A stretch of 64,000 nt of DNA from Octopus sinensis (lineage: Eukaryota): the NCBI RefSeq assembly GCF_006345805.1, contig NC_043006.1, forward strand, positions 104,408,001 through 104,472,000. Direction: 5' to 3'. Below the pieces are notes generated by a model. The model saw only the letters and a program-made list of their open reading frames with translations. It did no database searches and had not been told where the DNA came from. Shown here in pieces: positions 11,931 through 23,642 of the stretch (positions within the stretch are counted from its first letter, which is position 1; the number at the start of each line of letters is the position of its first letter). The translations under genes were made by a program, and so were the position numbers.

Positions 11931-12390
11931 TACATTACATATATACATACATATATACATACAGAGAGAGAGAGAGAGCGCGAGAGAAAGAGAGAGAGAG
12001 AGAGGCTGGACGTATCCTATTTATCTCTCTCTTCTGTCTTTTCTCTTGCCAAAGAAAATATTTCTCCAGCGTTCGCTATTTTACCCTCGTTCTAGTCCAA
12101 CGACTCTCCACGTATGTTTTCGTTCGGTTTCCATGAATGTCACCGCTGTCCTGTTTTTGTTCCCTCCAATTTTATTTTGGTATTTGTGGGAGCAGCTGCC
12201 TTCGTAGACTCATATTGTCGTTGAATGCTCGAAATGATGAGTAGATAGGCAGGCGACAACTGATGAAAGGTCGTTCTTTATGTTACTTATCCTGTTCTCC
12301 ATTTGTTTCTCTCATTGTTTGCATATTCAATTCATTTGTCTTCGTATTTCATGTTGGTTACTGTTTGTGACGTCCTGTGCCATATATGCA

Positions 12391-12427
<37 letters not shown>

Positions 12428-12433
12428 ATATAT

Positions 12434-12464
<31 letters not shown>

Positions 12465-12636
12465 ATATTAGGGAATATATCCCAATTTACAGGAAAAAAT
12501 CAGATTTAGGATTAAATCCAATTTTATAGTAAAATATTATAAATATTATTTGAGACAAAAACCACTATTTGGCAAAACCAAACAAGGAAAGACTTAATCC
12601 AATACATAAATTAAGAAATAGTCAAAAAAAAAACCG

Positions 12637-12678
12637 CCACTACAACGTTTCTTGTCTTGATCGACAATCTTCAGGTGG
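12637..12678 (-). ncRNA. Hammerhead motif, family beta
   Basis: Reverse complement of the 6063-6105 motif with a 1-nt deletion in stem III. Confidence 0.8.
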
Positions 12679-13124
12679 ACTTCCAATCTAAAAAATCAAA
12701 ATTTAAAATAAAAAATAATACTTTTAAATAATTAAAGTATAAATGAAAAAATATAAGTATATAATCCATATATAACCTATATATAATCCATATCGAAAAT
12801 ATAGACTAATACCACTGAATTCCTAAAAAAACCATGATAAAACAAAACTCTTAAAAACATATAACGATAAAATCTCCCTTTGCTAAACTCTATAACAAAC
12901 CTATAAAGTAAACCCCAAACCTAAACATTCACACACCATAACACACGTAAACCACAGACTCACGACTTATACACATACCTATACTAACTTATAACCTCAA
13001 TATACACCAAAACCCACACTCCCTCCCCACACAGACAAATTAACACATACATCCCAAAACCTATACGCTATATTTAAAAGTATTATTTTTATATTTTAAA
13101 ATTTTGATTTTTTAGATTGGAAGT

Positions 13125-13167
13125 CCACCTGAAGATTGTCGATCAAGACAAGAAACGATTGTAGTGG
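13125..13167 (+). ncRNA. Hammerhead motif, family beta
   Basis: Identical to 6063-6105. Confidence 0.85.
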
Positions 13168-13559
13168 CGGTTTTTTTTGACTTTTATTAAATTTTATGTA
13201 TTGATTAAGTCTTTCCTGTTGGTTTGCAAAATAGTGGTTTGTCTCAAATAATATTTTTATATATATATATATAATATTATATTAGTATGTGTGTGTGTGT
13301 GTGGTGTGCCAAACTAGGTACTCGGTAATTCCCGGGGGGGTAAAGATGGTCTATTGAAACGCCTTATTACTCTGATATAAGAAAGCAATTATACACCAAA
13401 GGTGTATTTTCCGTCGCGGAAATGTTAAAAAAACTGTCAGCTGGAAGTGGGAGAGATTGTTAGAGGTTGGCGAGAGAGGTTTTCGGAGGTGGCATTTTAA
13501 AGGTGACCTTTACGGCTAAGGCTAAGTCGATTGTTCAAATCCGTTTTCCTATCACTCAG

Positions 13560-14110
13560 TGTTAATGGATTTTCTGCTTGATTACTGGGTCCTGATTGGT
13601 TGGTGTACTTTGATTGACTGGTCTAACCTCTGATAAGTTGTAACTAGAATATCTTATCACAACTTGTTCTTGTTAATAATTTTCTTATCGTTGTAAAGAA
13701 TGCCGGGTCAAAAAATTTCGTCGGAACCTCATGCTCAAATAAAAATTCTGTGCGAAGAAGGATACAGCACTCGAAAAATTGGTGAAAGATTGAAATTGGC
13801 TCAGAGAACTGATTCAAGGTCAATAAATAACTCGAAACCTACTGGAAAATATAGATTCGACAAGTCTACGAATCGTCCAAAAACCACTAGCAAGCGAATA
13901 GACGATGCTATTGTTCTAGCCACCAAAAAGTCACCCAGAAAATCTTCTAAAACTATTTATACTGGTCTACCGTATGAAGACAAGGTTCCTAGCCAAAGGA
14001 CAATTCGTAGGAGATTATTTTAAGCCAGCCTTCTGTCCTATAATCCTTCAAGGAAACCAAGGTTAACCTTAAAAAATACTGTTGATCATTCGGCATTTCG
14101 CCAAAAGTAT
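13560..14110 (+). mobile_element. Tc1 transposon 5' fragment (paired-like HTH DNA-binding region, frameshifted)
   Basis: ORF 13700-14023 (MPGQKISSEPHAQIKILCEEGYSTRKIGERL...RPKTTSKRIDDAI...SQRTIRRRLF) continues in another frame as SYNPSRKPRLTLKN...FRQKYKNWSVE. Confidence 0.85.
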
Positions 14111-14229
14111 AAGAATTGGTCAGTCGAATAACAGCCTCCCGTCTCCATGCCACTGATGTAATCCAAGAGAAAGGCAAAGGCCGATAAAGCTTGGTATCAG
14201 TGGCATCGCAACTCTTTTCTTCTACAGCT

Positions 14230-14360
14230 TAGTGAATTGGCGTAACGGGAAACAGTGTCTTGCTCAAGAACAAAACACGCAGCCCGGTCCGGGGAATCGA
14301 ACTCAGTACCTCATGATTGTGAGCCCGACGCTCTAAACACTGAACCATGTGCCTTCCCAC
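14230..14360 (-). mobile_element. tRNA-head SINE fragment (additional family)
   Basis: Minus strand: GGTTCAGTGTTTAGAGCG...GAGTTCGATTCCCCGGACCGGGCTGCGTGTT..TTGAGCAAGACAC. Confidence 0.6.
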
Positions 14361-14469
14361 ATGCATATTTTTTTTTTATTCACAAGTTTCAGTCAATTGA
14401 CAGCGGCTATGCTGGAGCACCACTTCAAAAGTTCCCAGTCGAAGCAATCTTATTCTTTGTAAGCATATT

Positions 14470-14770
14470 TATTATATCGGCCTCTATTGCCGAACTACTA
14501 TGATCGCACCATCATCGGTTGTCAAGCGATGGTGGGGGAAAAGCACAAACTCAAAGACACTCACAAACATATATATATATATATATATATATTATTTATA
14601 TATATATATATATATAATATATCACGGGCTTCTTTGAGTTTCCATCTACCAAATCCTCTCACAAGGCTTTGTTCGACCCGAGACGATAGTAGAAGACACT
14701 AGGTGCTACGCAGTGGGACTGAACCCAGAATACTGTAGCTGGGAAGCAAGATTCTTACCACACAGCCATA
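14470..14770 (-). mobile_element. SINE family B, degenerate
   Basis: Reverse complement of the family B head and body. Confidence 0.75.
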
Positions 14771-15154
14771 TATATGAGTGTGTGTATGTGTATGTATATA
14801 TATATGTATATGTGTACGCGTGTGTGTACATGTGTACATGTATAAGCATATGCAAACGTGTTTACGTAAAGAAATATAAGCGAGTTTGAAGTTTGTTTAT
14901 CACTTATGAAATGTATAACATATTTACAATACGTTAACTAAATTTTTCTTTAATTAATTTACATCAATTACGAAGATATTGATTTATAATATTTTACTAA
15001 GAATATATTCCTATTTTAATACATATAATTAACCGATATTTATGTTTGCGGTAATATCATATTGCTATATATATATCAAAGTGTTCTCACATCTTAATCC
15101 TTTAAAAATATTTCCAGATATCAAAATATCTATAAAGGGTGTCACTTCCAAGAA

Positions 15155-15166
15155 ATAATAACAATA

Positions 15167-15198
<32 letters not shown>

Positions 15199-15388
15199 TA
15201 ATAATAAATAATAATAATGATAATAATAATAATAATAATAATAATAATATAATAATAATAATGATAATAATAATAATAATAATGATAATAATAATAATAA
15301 AAAATAATAATAATAATGATAATGATAATAATATTAATGATAATATAATATTAATAAAAATAATAATAATAATAATAATAACAACAAC

Positions 15389-15419
<31 letters not shown>

Positions 15420-15475
15420 TAATAATGATAATAATAATAATAATAATGATAATAATAATAATAAAAAATAATAAT

Positions 15476-15508
<33 letters not shown>

Positions 15509-15695
15509 AATAATAATAATAATAATAATAATATAATAATAATAATAATGATAAGAAAATAATAATAATATAATAATAATAATAATAATGATATAATAAT
15601 ATAATAATAATAATAATTAATAATAATAATGATAATATTAATAATAATAATAATGATAATATAATAATATAATAACAACAACAACCACAACAAAC

Positions 15696-15772
<77 letters not shown>

Positions 15773-15999
15773 TAATAATATAATAATGATAATAATAATA
15801 ATAATAATAATAACACAACAACAACAACAACAACAATAATAATAATAAGGATAATAATAATAAGAATAATTAATAATATAATAATAATGATAAATAATAA
15901 TAATAATGATAATAATAATAATAATAATAATAACAACAACAACAACAACCACAACAATAATAATAATAATAATAATAAATAATAATAATAATAATAATG

Positions 16000-16030
<31 letters not shown>

Positions 16031-16112
16031 TAATATAATAATAATGAATAATAATAATAATAATAATAAAACAACAACAACAACAACAACAATAATAAAA
16101 ATAATAATAATG

Positions 16113-16148
<36 letters not shown>

Positions 16149-16150
16149 TG

Positions 16151-16194
<44 letters not shown>

Positions 16195-16267
16195 TAATGA
16201 TAATAATAATAATAATAATGATAATAATAATAATAATAATAATAACAACAACAACAACAACAACAAC

Positions 16268-16347
<80 letters not shown>
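15155..16347. repeat. ~1.2-kb imperfect (AAT)n microsatellite with interspersed (AAC)n/GAT variants
   Basis: Direct reading. It explains ORFs 15334-16269, 15351-15836 and others. Confidence 0.98.
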
Positions 16348-16762
16348 GGATCTATTTAAGGAGATTTTACAGCGTGAATGGTAAATATATCATAAAATGT
16401 AAGAGGTATCAATACAACACACACACAAATACACATACATACACACACTCATATGCGAGTGTGTATCTGTGCTTGTGTGTGTGTATTTATGTGTGTGTCC
16501 TCGTTTGAGTGTGTGAAGGAAAAAGACGGACAGACAAACAGACAGGCAGTGTGTTAAAAAATTTATTTCAAAGCAAGTTCAAGATTAACAACGAGGTCTC
16601 TAAAGCTGGCGTGACGCCTAGATTGAGAATAGAGAGCAATTAATAGTGAATTTGCCTGTCAACATAAGAGAATGTGTGTGTGTGTATGTGTGTGTGGTTG
16701 TGTGTATACGCGTGGTCGTGCACACACACACATATATATGTAAATATATATATAAATACATG

Positions 16763-16797
<35 letters not shown>

Positions 16798-16799
16798 GT

Positions 16800-16842
<43 letters not shown>

Positions 16843-16884
16843 ATATATATATATATATATATATAAATACATATATATATATAT

Positions 16885-16921
<37 letters not shown>

Positions 16922-16949
16922 CATATATACATATGTAAGTGTGTACATA

Positions 16950-17228
16950 TATATCATGACCGCCCAGGCTATCAGATGTTGCTACTCATCGCTGGTCACT
17001 ATGCGCTTCGCATTGTTTTAGCCTTCAAAGGACGCTACCCAGCTGGCTAAGCGAGCAGGCCAACAGAAGAAAAGTGAGAGAAAGTTGTGGCGGAAGAATA
17101 CAGCAGGGATCGCCACCACCCCCTGCCAGAGCCTCGTGGAGATTTTAGGTGTTTTAGCTCAATAAACACTCACAACGCCCGGTCTGAGAATCGAAACTGC
17201 GATCCTACGACCGTGAGTCCGCTGCCCT
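16950..17228 (-). mobile_element. SINE family C (tRNA-Arg-like head), variant with a different 3' tail
   Basis: First ~170 nt match 44101 ff.; the remainder (GGCCTGCTCGCTTAGCCAGC...) differs. Confidence 0.75.
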
Positions 17229-17234
17229 ATATAT

Positions 17235-17289
<55 letters not shown>

Positions 17290-17821
17290 CTCTCACACAC
17301 ATTGTATATAATTTATATGTACGTATATATTTGATTATATGATGTCCCTTTAGACTCCGAGACGATTTCTCATAACATGCTATCTCGTATGTTTCTCAAA
17401 TCTTATTTATCGAGAGTAGAGTTCTCACGGTGGATATTAACACCTACCGAGAACCAACCAGGAAAGAAGGTTCACGCTCTGACACCAGGAGGAAAATTCT
17501 GAGACGATAGTGCCATTACATCACATATTATTGTCCGATTATGTTTGAAAAAAAAAATTCGCAGAACTAAAATCCAGGGTTATTAACTTTGGATTTGGTG
17601 GGCATCAACAAGCTAAAATAACCGGAGAAGAAAAAACGGGGCCTTATTTCAGTGAATGAGAAAGGCGGTGCGCAATGATGCCGTCGAGAGGAAGGCCCCA
17701 AAACGGCGTGCATCCTCTCCTGGCGATCCCATAAACTTGCTAGATCTGGTATGCGGAGCTTTCAACTGGTAGCATTTGCATCTGCACGTTGTTTGTAAAA
17801 AATCATACTCTGTGGAGGAAC

Positions 17822-18240
17822 CAGTGGCTGTGTGGTAAGTAGCTTGCTTAAGAACCACACGGTTCCGGGTTCAATCCCACTGCGTGGCACCTTGGGCAAG
17901 TGTCTTCTACTATAGCCTCGGGCCAACCAAAGCCTTGTGAGTGGATTTGGTAGACGGAAACTGAAAGAAGCCCGTCGTATATATGTATATATATATATAT
18001 ATATATAAAAGTAAGTGTGCGTGTGTGTTTATGTGTTTGTGTTTGTCCCCCCAACATCGCTTGACAACCGATGCTGGTGTGTTTACGTCCCCGTAACTTA
18101 GCGTTTCGGCAAAAGTGACCTATAGAATAAGTACTAGGCTTACAAAGAATAAGTCCTGGGGTCGATTTGCTCGACTAAAGGCGGTGCTCCAGCATAGCCA
18201 CAGTGAAATGACTGAAACAAGTAAAAGAGTAAAAGAGTAA
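17822..18240 (+). mobile_element. SINE family B, near full-length
   Basis: tRNA-like head, internal (TA)/(TG) microsatellite, GTAAAAGA-repeat tail. Confidence 0.85.
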
Positions 18241-20445
18241 TGCTGAGAGTGTTAATAACTAAAGGTTTAAAATTTTGTCTGAAACCTTTCAAAAACCTGT
18301 GTTATTACATTTTTTTGGCCACAAGTTTGTTATAGTATAGTAGAAATTAATTAATCCCGTATGAGAAAGTATATTTATGTAGTTAAGGAAAATAGCTAAA
18401 CGGTTAGAGTTTACACCATTTGTAGGTAGGTAGTATTACATATTGATTTCATATTTCGGCACAAGGCCACCAAGAGGGAAGGATTAAATCGATTACATTG
18501 ATCCCAGTGCTCCTATGTTATCGATCTCGAAAGGAATGAAAAACATATTCGATCTCGATGGAATTTGAACTCAGATTTTGAAGACGGACGAAATACCTCT
18601 CTCGCCGCCCTTAAGCTGTATAGCGTATTACAATATGTTATATATCTAAACAAGGCAGTGATTTTGTCAACTTGCTAAAGTATTGTATATTTTTATATGC
18701 ATTTCAGTATTTGAACTCAGAGGGCAGAATGCCGGAAAAAATCTCACAGCAGTTGTAGTAATCGACCTGGGTCTCGCCACACTGAAATCAGGAATAGCCG
18801 AGCTCAACTTTGCCTTGCAACTTTACAGAATCGATAAATAAAGTATTACTCCTTTACAAGGTTAGAAACTGTTTAATTCTTTCTCTTTCTGGAAGTAATT
18901 GACTGTGTCGAGACGTAGAGCGGGATGAGCTCCACAAGATCTCGAAATGCCCTATATATTTTGTATGTGACAACGGCCACCTAAAATTCCTTGCGCGTCC
19001 GTTGTATCGTATTTAAAAGAAAAGAATATACGGTTTTAATAGATTCGCTAGTTATCATTGTTTGTTGGATTATCATATTTCTACCTTGCTCCAGTAAATG
19101 TGGTCGGGCGATTTGAACATTGCTGGATCTCCTGCAGCGTCACTGCACTTAGAATGAAGAATGTTCTTTCTCTCGAACTTATTCATGAGGCAACTCTGAC
19201 GCCATTGTTTAGGTAATAAGCAAACGAGGAAATTTATGAAGCACACAGTGTGGTATATAAATCAAGTAGTTCTGTAAATATTAAGCAGAACACCAGATAT
19301 TAATTAATTCTTTACACATTACACCATACATCGCTGCGAATATGTATTAATATATGCAATATACGCCACATCTCACATAACTGAGAATATAAGAATGTGT
19401 TAATTAATTCAATGGGCAATTACGTACGAGATTAGAACAATATATAAATTCGTTAATTCTACATAAATTATGTTAAATAATTCCGTACATTTGTTTGTAT
19501 CGAATATTGCCCTGAAATAATGTGTTGATTTATTAACACCCTTAGAAATAAGCACAATGATGGCTAGAGATCCCATGATTAGCATTTAGACTTGCTGAAT
19601 TTTATTTGGCCTGATTGTAGAATAAACCACACATATTCTCAAATTCAGCTTCAATATGGACCAGACGGGATATATTCTAATGTCCAACTCCAGTATAGAC
19701 AAGACAACATACATTCTGTCCAAGGCCGGAGTAAAACTAATAAAAGCGCTAAGCATTTAAAATCGTTTGGTGACTCCATATATGTAAAATTAAAAATTAA
19801 GAAATCATAAACTATTACATGGATTTTATTTTCGAAATGAAACAAAACTTACAGTAGGTTATACTGTTTATTTTTGTATACTTCCACTTTATTTATCTTC
19901 GAAAAGTTTCCTCCTGCTACTTTTAATTGCAAAGTCTTTGATCAGATCATCATTATGACACCAAGAATTCTTTGAAATTATATTTCCAATCACTTTAAAA
20001 TTATATTTACAAGCAAGTTTAAAGTGATTTTTTTGTGCTGTAACCATTTAACATTTCTGTGGTGCTGCCTTTATTCGATAACCTTAGCACAAGCTTATTT
20101 TGCTAAATGATTAATCCAGCACTGCTTCTAATTATTGAGTTGCAACATAGACTAAATAGATTTTATGTTCATCTTCATAAACGGCACCACACATTTTCTG
20201 ACAGTTAACTTCGCTCTTGGACAGACCACGCATCTTCTTTCATATAACTTCATTATATAAGCGCTGGCATGTATGTGTTGTTAAGAAGTGTGCTCTGCAA
20301 CCACCACCACCACCACCACGTGATTTTGGGTTCAGCATTTTTGGCAAGTGTCTTCTACTTTAGACCTGGTCCGACCAATGTTGTCTGAGTGAACTGAGTA
20401 GCCGGAACTGAAAGAAACCTCTCTCTCTCTCTCATATATATATAT

Positions 20446-20482
<37 letters not shown>

Positions 20483-20681
20483 TGTACGTGTGTGTGTATG
20501 TATACATATTATATATATGTATGTATATATATGCATATATATTAAAATTATAATTAAGAATATCTTAAAGATACTATCATGCTAGAGATAACAGTCAAAA
20601 CTTAACTCTACACATCAATTATTCATATAGCACCAGAAGAGACAAATAGACAAATAAACTAGCAAAAAATTATTGGATAAT

Positions 20682-20735
20682 CCCAGTTCTAGATTTCTGG
20701 CTTTGCGTAAAAATATACTCTGTATCATCAGTGGG
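20682..20735 (-). ncRNA. Degenerate hammerhead motif, family delta
   Basis: CCCA-CTGATGA-(27 nt)-GAAA-TCTAGA-AC-TGGG: stem I and core intact, palindromic TCTAGA; U16.1 is mutated and stem II pairs poorly. Confidence 0.5.
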
Positions 20736-20950
20736 ATATACACAGATAGTACATACGTACACACACACACACATAAATATATATAAATACATATATATAT
20801 ATATAACCCTATTATCTCCCCTAATTTCGCTCTCGCGTCTCATGTTTGATCTTTGACTTCTGGCCGAAATCAGATCGCCATGTTGATTCGTTAGTTACTG
20901 CACGCATTTTTTTTCTCTCCTTCTTTCTGTGTTTTTTTTTCTCCGTGTAT

Positions 20951-20986
20951 CTTTCTGTTGAAGAGCGTAGGCTCGAAACGTTAAAG
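20951..20986 (+). ncRNA. Hammerhead-like motif, family epsilon (A6U core plus one extra A)
   Basis: CTTT-CTGTTGA-A-GAGC/GTAG/GCTC-GAAA-CG-TT-AAAG. A second full copy is at 59394-59429 and a truncated one at ~38747-38768. Confidence 0.6.
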
Positions 20987-21182
20987 ACTTGTTTTATTTA
21001 TATTTCCTGAGCGCCATACTAATACAATTGTTTGTTTGTTTTCCACCTGCCTTCGTCTTTTGTCTATTTTCATAAAGCTTCCCGTTATATATAATATATA
21101 TATTATATATATATATATATATAACATTATTGGTGAATTGAAGAAATGGAGCTGAACGCAGATTGAACAGAAATCGTTTTAT

Positions 21183-21267
21183 TTCATTCTACACGTGTTT
21201 CGAAAGGCACAATTACCAAAATCCGATTGAATATGGGACCATATTGTGTCTTTCTCTTCAGGAAGAA
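21183..21267 (-). ncRNA. Type I hammerhead motif with long stem II, family zeta (left arm)
   Basis: Reverse complement of 23307-23393. Confidence 0.8.
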
Positions 21268-21879
21268 AAAAGGAAATCCGTTGGAAAAAAAACACAAAAA
21301 AGAACAGAGGCAGAGCAAAAACAAATCGAACTGTGCTCCTAAGAGCCCATGGCGAAACTGTTTATCAGTGTATGTTGAGAACGGGGCTGAAGAATTCAAC
21401 AGGTCAGGCATCGGTCAAACATGTGGGTGAGGGTGTATAGACGTTCTTTGTGACCGAGAATAAAGTTCTGACTATTTAAAGAATATTGGATGTTTTATAA
21501 GGGGCGAAAAAAATCTACTTAGAGACGTGTGTGTGTGTATACTGTTCTATATATGTGTGTGTTGGCGTAGGGGTAGAAAACATTTTTTGTGTACGTGTGT
21601 GCGTTTGATCGTTCGGCTGTCAGTGGCTACTGCCGTGATAACCGTTGGGTGGCAGAAAGAAAAAAAATAAAGAAATTTTTATTATATTTTTATGTTTTAT
21701 GTGTGTGTGTGTGTGTTCATCTAAGCCTACCTTGACAAGGAAACCCCCCGCTGTGAAAAAACAAGCCCCGTTTGTCTTACAGGAGTAATTTCCCTTGCAG
21801 TGGTTAATTGTAGATATCTTAAAATCTATTTCAGAATTTGGTTACCAAGGGCTATGGGTGCCGGTCTATTTTATAAACG

Positions 21880-22280
21880 CTATTTAAAGGCCAGATAAGT
21901 GTAACGCCGCCAATGGGGGCATCGAAAAGCCGACTGTAAGAGCCCGTTTACCATCCGGCCTCTGGCAAACAAAATATGGAAGAGTTCGGAGACACAAAGG
22001 TTGCACTGTCTTCTGCCCCTATCAAATGGGAGGGCCACCGACAAATTTGACCATTCCAGCCTATAGCTTAAGTTCGCATCCTTCAGTCGCCATATTAGCT
22101 TACTGAGTCCCGTGGTCTGGCGCTTGTTCACGTCCCGAAAAGTTGCGTAATGGTTGGAGACACGCAAAGACAATCTTGAGGACGATGCCCCTATATAAGT
22201 GAAGGCATCTGAGTCCGTGTAAACCTTGCATGGGTAGACGGCGTTTTTGATCTTGGAGTTCGCCGACGTGAATCTTACTC
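21880..22280 (-). pseudogene. Penelope-like GIY-YIG endonuclease fragment (left arm)
   Basis: YQCKVYTDSDAFTYIGASSSRLSLRVSNHYATF...GLSKLIWRLKD...EWS...CNLC..E...CPH, typical of the PLE endonuclease. Confidence 0.85.
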
Positions 22281-22290
22281 AATCCTAGCA

Positions 22291-22692
22291 GAGTAAGATT
22301 CACGTCGGCGAACTCCAAGATCAAAAACGCCGTCCGTACCAATGCAAGGTTTACACGGACTCAGATGCCTTCACTTATATAGGGGCATCGTCCTCAAGAT
22401 TGTCTTTGCGTGTCTCCAACCATTACGCAACTTTCGGGACGTGAACAAGCGCCAGACCACGGGACTCAGTAAGCTAATATGGCGACTGAAGGATGCGAAC
22501 TTAAGCTATAGGCTGGAATGGTCAATTTGTCGGTGGCCCTCCCATTTGATAGGGGCAGAAGACAGTGCAACCTTTGTGTCTCCGAACTCTTCCATATTTT
22601 GTTGCCAGAGGCCGGATGGTAAACGGGCTCTTACAGTCGGCTTTTCGATGCCCCCATTGGGGCGGCGTTACACTTATCTGGCCTTTAAATAG
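22291..22692 (+). pseudogene. Penelope-like GIY-YIG endonuclease fragment (right arm)
   Basis: Same sequence as the left arm, with different frameshifts. Confidence 0.85.
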
Positions 22693-23306
22693 CGTTTATA
22701 AATAAGACCGGCACCCATAGCCCTTGGTAACAAATTCTGAAATAGATTTTAAGATATCTACAATTAACCACTGCAAGGGAATTACTCCTGTAAGACAAAC
22801 GGGGCTTGTTTTTTCACAGCGGGGGGTTTCCGTGGGGTTTCAAGGTAGCTTAGATGAACACACACACACACACATAAACATAAATATATATATATATCAT
22901 TCTTTATTTTTTTTCTTTCTGCCACCCAACGGTTATCACGGCAGTAGCCACTGACAGCCGAACGATCAAACGCACACACGTACACAAAAAATGTTTTCTA
23001 CCCCTACGCCAACACACACATATATAGAACAGTATACACACACACACGTCTCTAAGTAGATTTTTTCTCGCCCCTTATAAAACATCCAATATTCTTTAAA
23101 TAGTCAGAACTTTATTCTCGGTCACAAAGAACGTCTATACACCCTCACCCACATGTTTGACCGATGCCTGACCTGTTGAATTCTTCAGCCACCGGTTCTC
23201 AACATACACTGATAAACAGTTTCGCCATGGGCTCTTAGGAGCACAGTTCGATTTGTTTTTTGCTCTGCCTCTGTTCTGTTTTTGTTTTTCCAACGGATTT
23301 CCTTTT

Positions 23307-23393
23307 TTCTTCCTGAAGAGAAAGACACAATATGGTCCCATTATTCAATCGGATTTTGGTAATTTGTGCCTTTCGAAACACGTGTAGAATGAA
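23307..23393 (+). ncRNA. Type I hammerhead motif with long stem II, family zeta (right arm)
   Basis: TTCTTC-CTGAAGA-GAAAG.ACAC(...)GTGC.CTTTC-GAAA-CACGTG-TA-GAATGAA: canonical core, palindromic ACACGTGT stem III, GUA triplet, ~600 nt downstream of the endonuclease stop. Confidence 0.8.
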
Positions 23394-23602
23394 ATAAAAC
23401 GATTTCTGTTCAATCTGCGTTCAGCTCCATTTCTTCAATTCACCAATAATGTTTTAATTTCAATTATCCGCACCAACGCACGGTTGCTACGCCAGATGGT
23501 TGTACCTCCAACCGTGCTGTTCACTGCTGTGATTTTTGCTACTAAGGTATCGGTTAAACTTTTGATTAATCTACTACAAGATTATTCATCTTTCTATTTC
23601 AC

Positions 23603-23642
<40 letters not shown>

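Larger units (their letters stand above)
12465..13260 (+). mobile_element. Non-autonomous Penelope-like derivative with an inverted 5' pLTR-like arm (family beta)
   Basis: Arms ~12520-12730 and ~13070-13255 are reverse complements. The centre is A/C-rich and may include a decayed endonuclease C-terminus (tentative). Both ends abut (TA)n. Confidence 0.7.
21123..23453. repeat. ~2.3-kb palindrome (two ~1.16-kb arms, 10-bp spacer at 22281-22290) made from a Penelope-like 3' fragment
   Basis: The arms are reverse complements, differing mostly by small indels. The spacer AATCCTAGCA is flanked by GAATCTTACTC / GAGTAAGATTC. Confidence 0.95.

Noticed and set aside
19592-19810. ORF with a QLQY..D.I.S.V duplication
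   Set aside because: It is a short internal duplication with weak splice signals and cannot be supported as an exon.
19900-20250. Possible pogo/Tigger C-terminal relic (AWS...VNC.K on the minus strand)
   Set aside because: Only a few residues match; too decayed to call.
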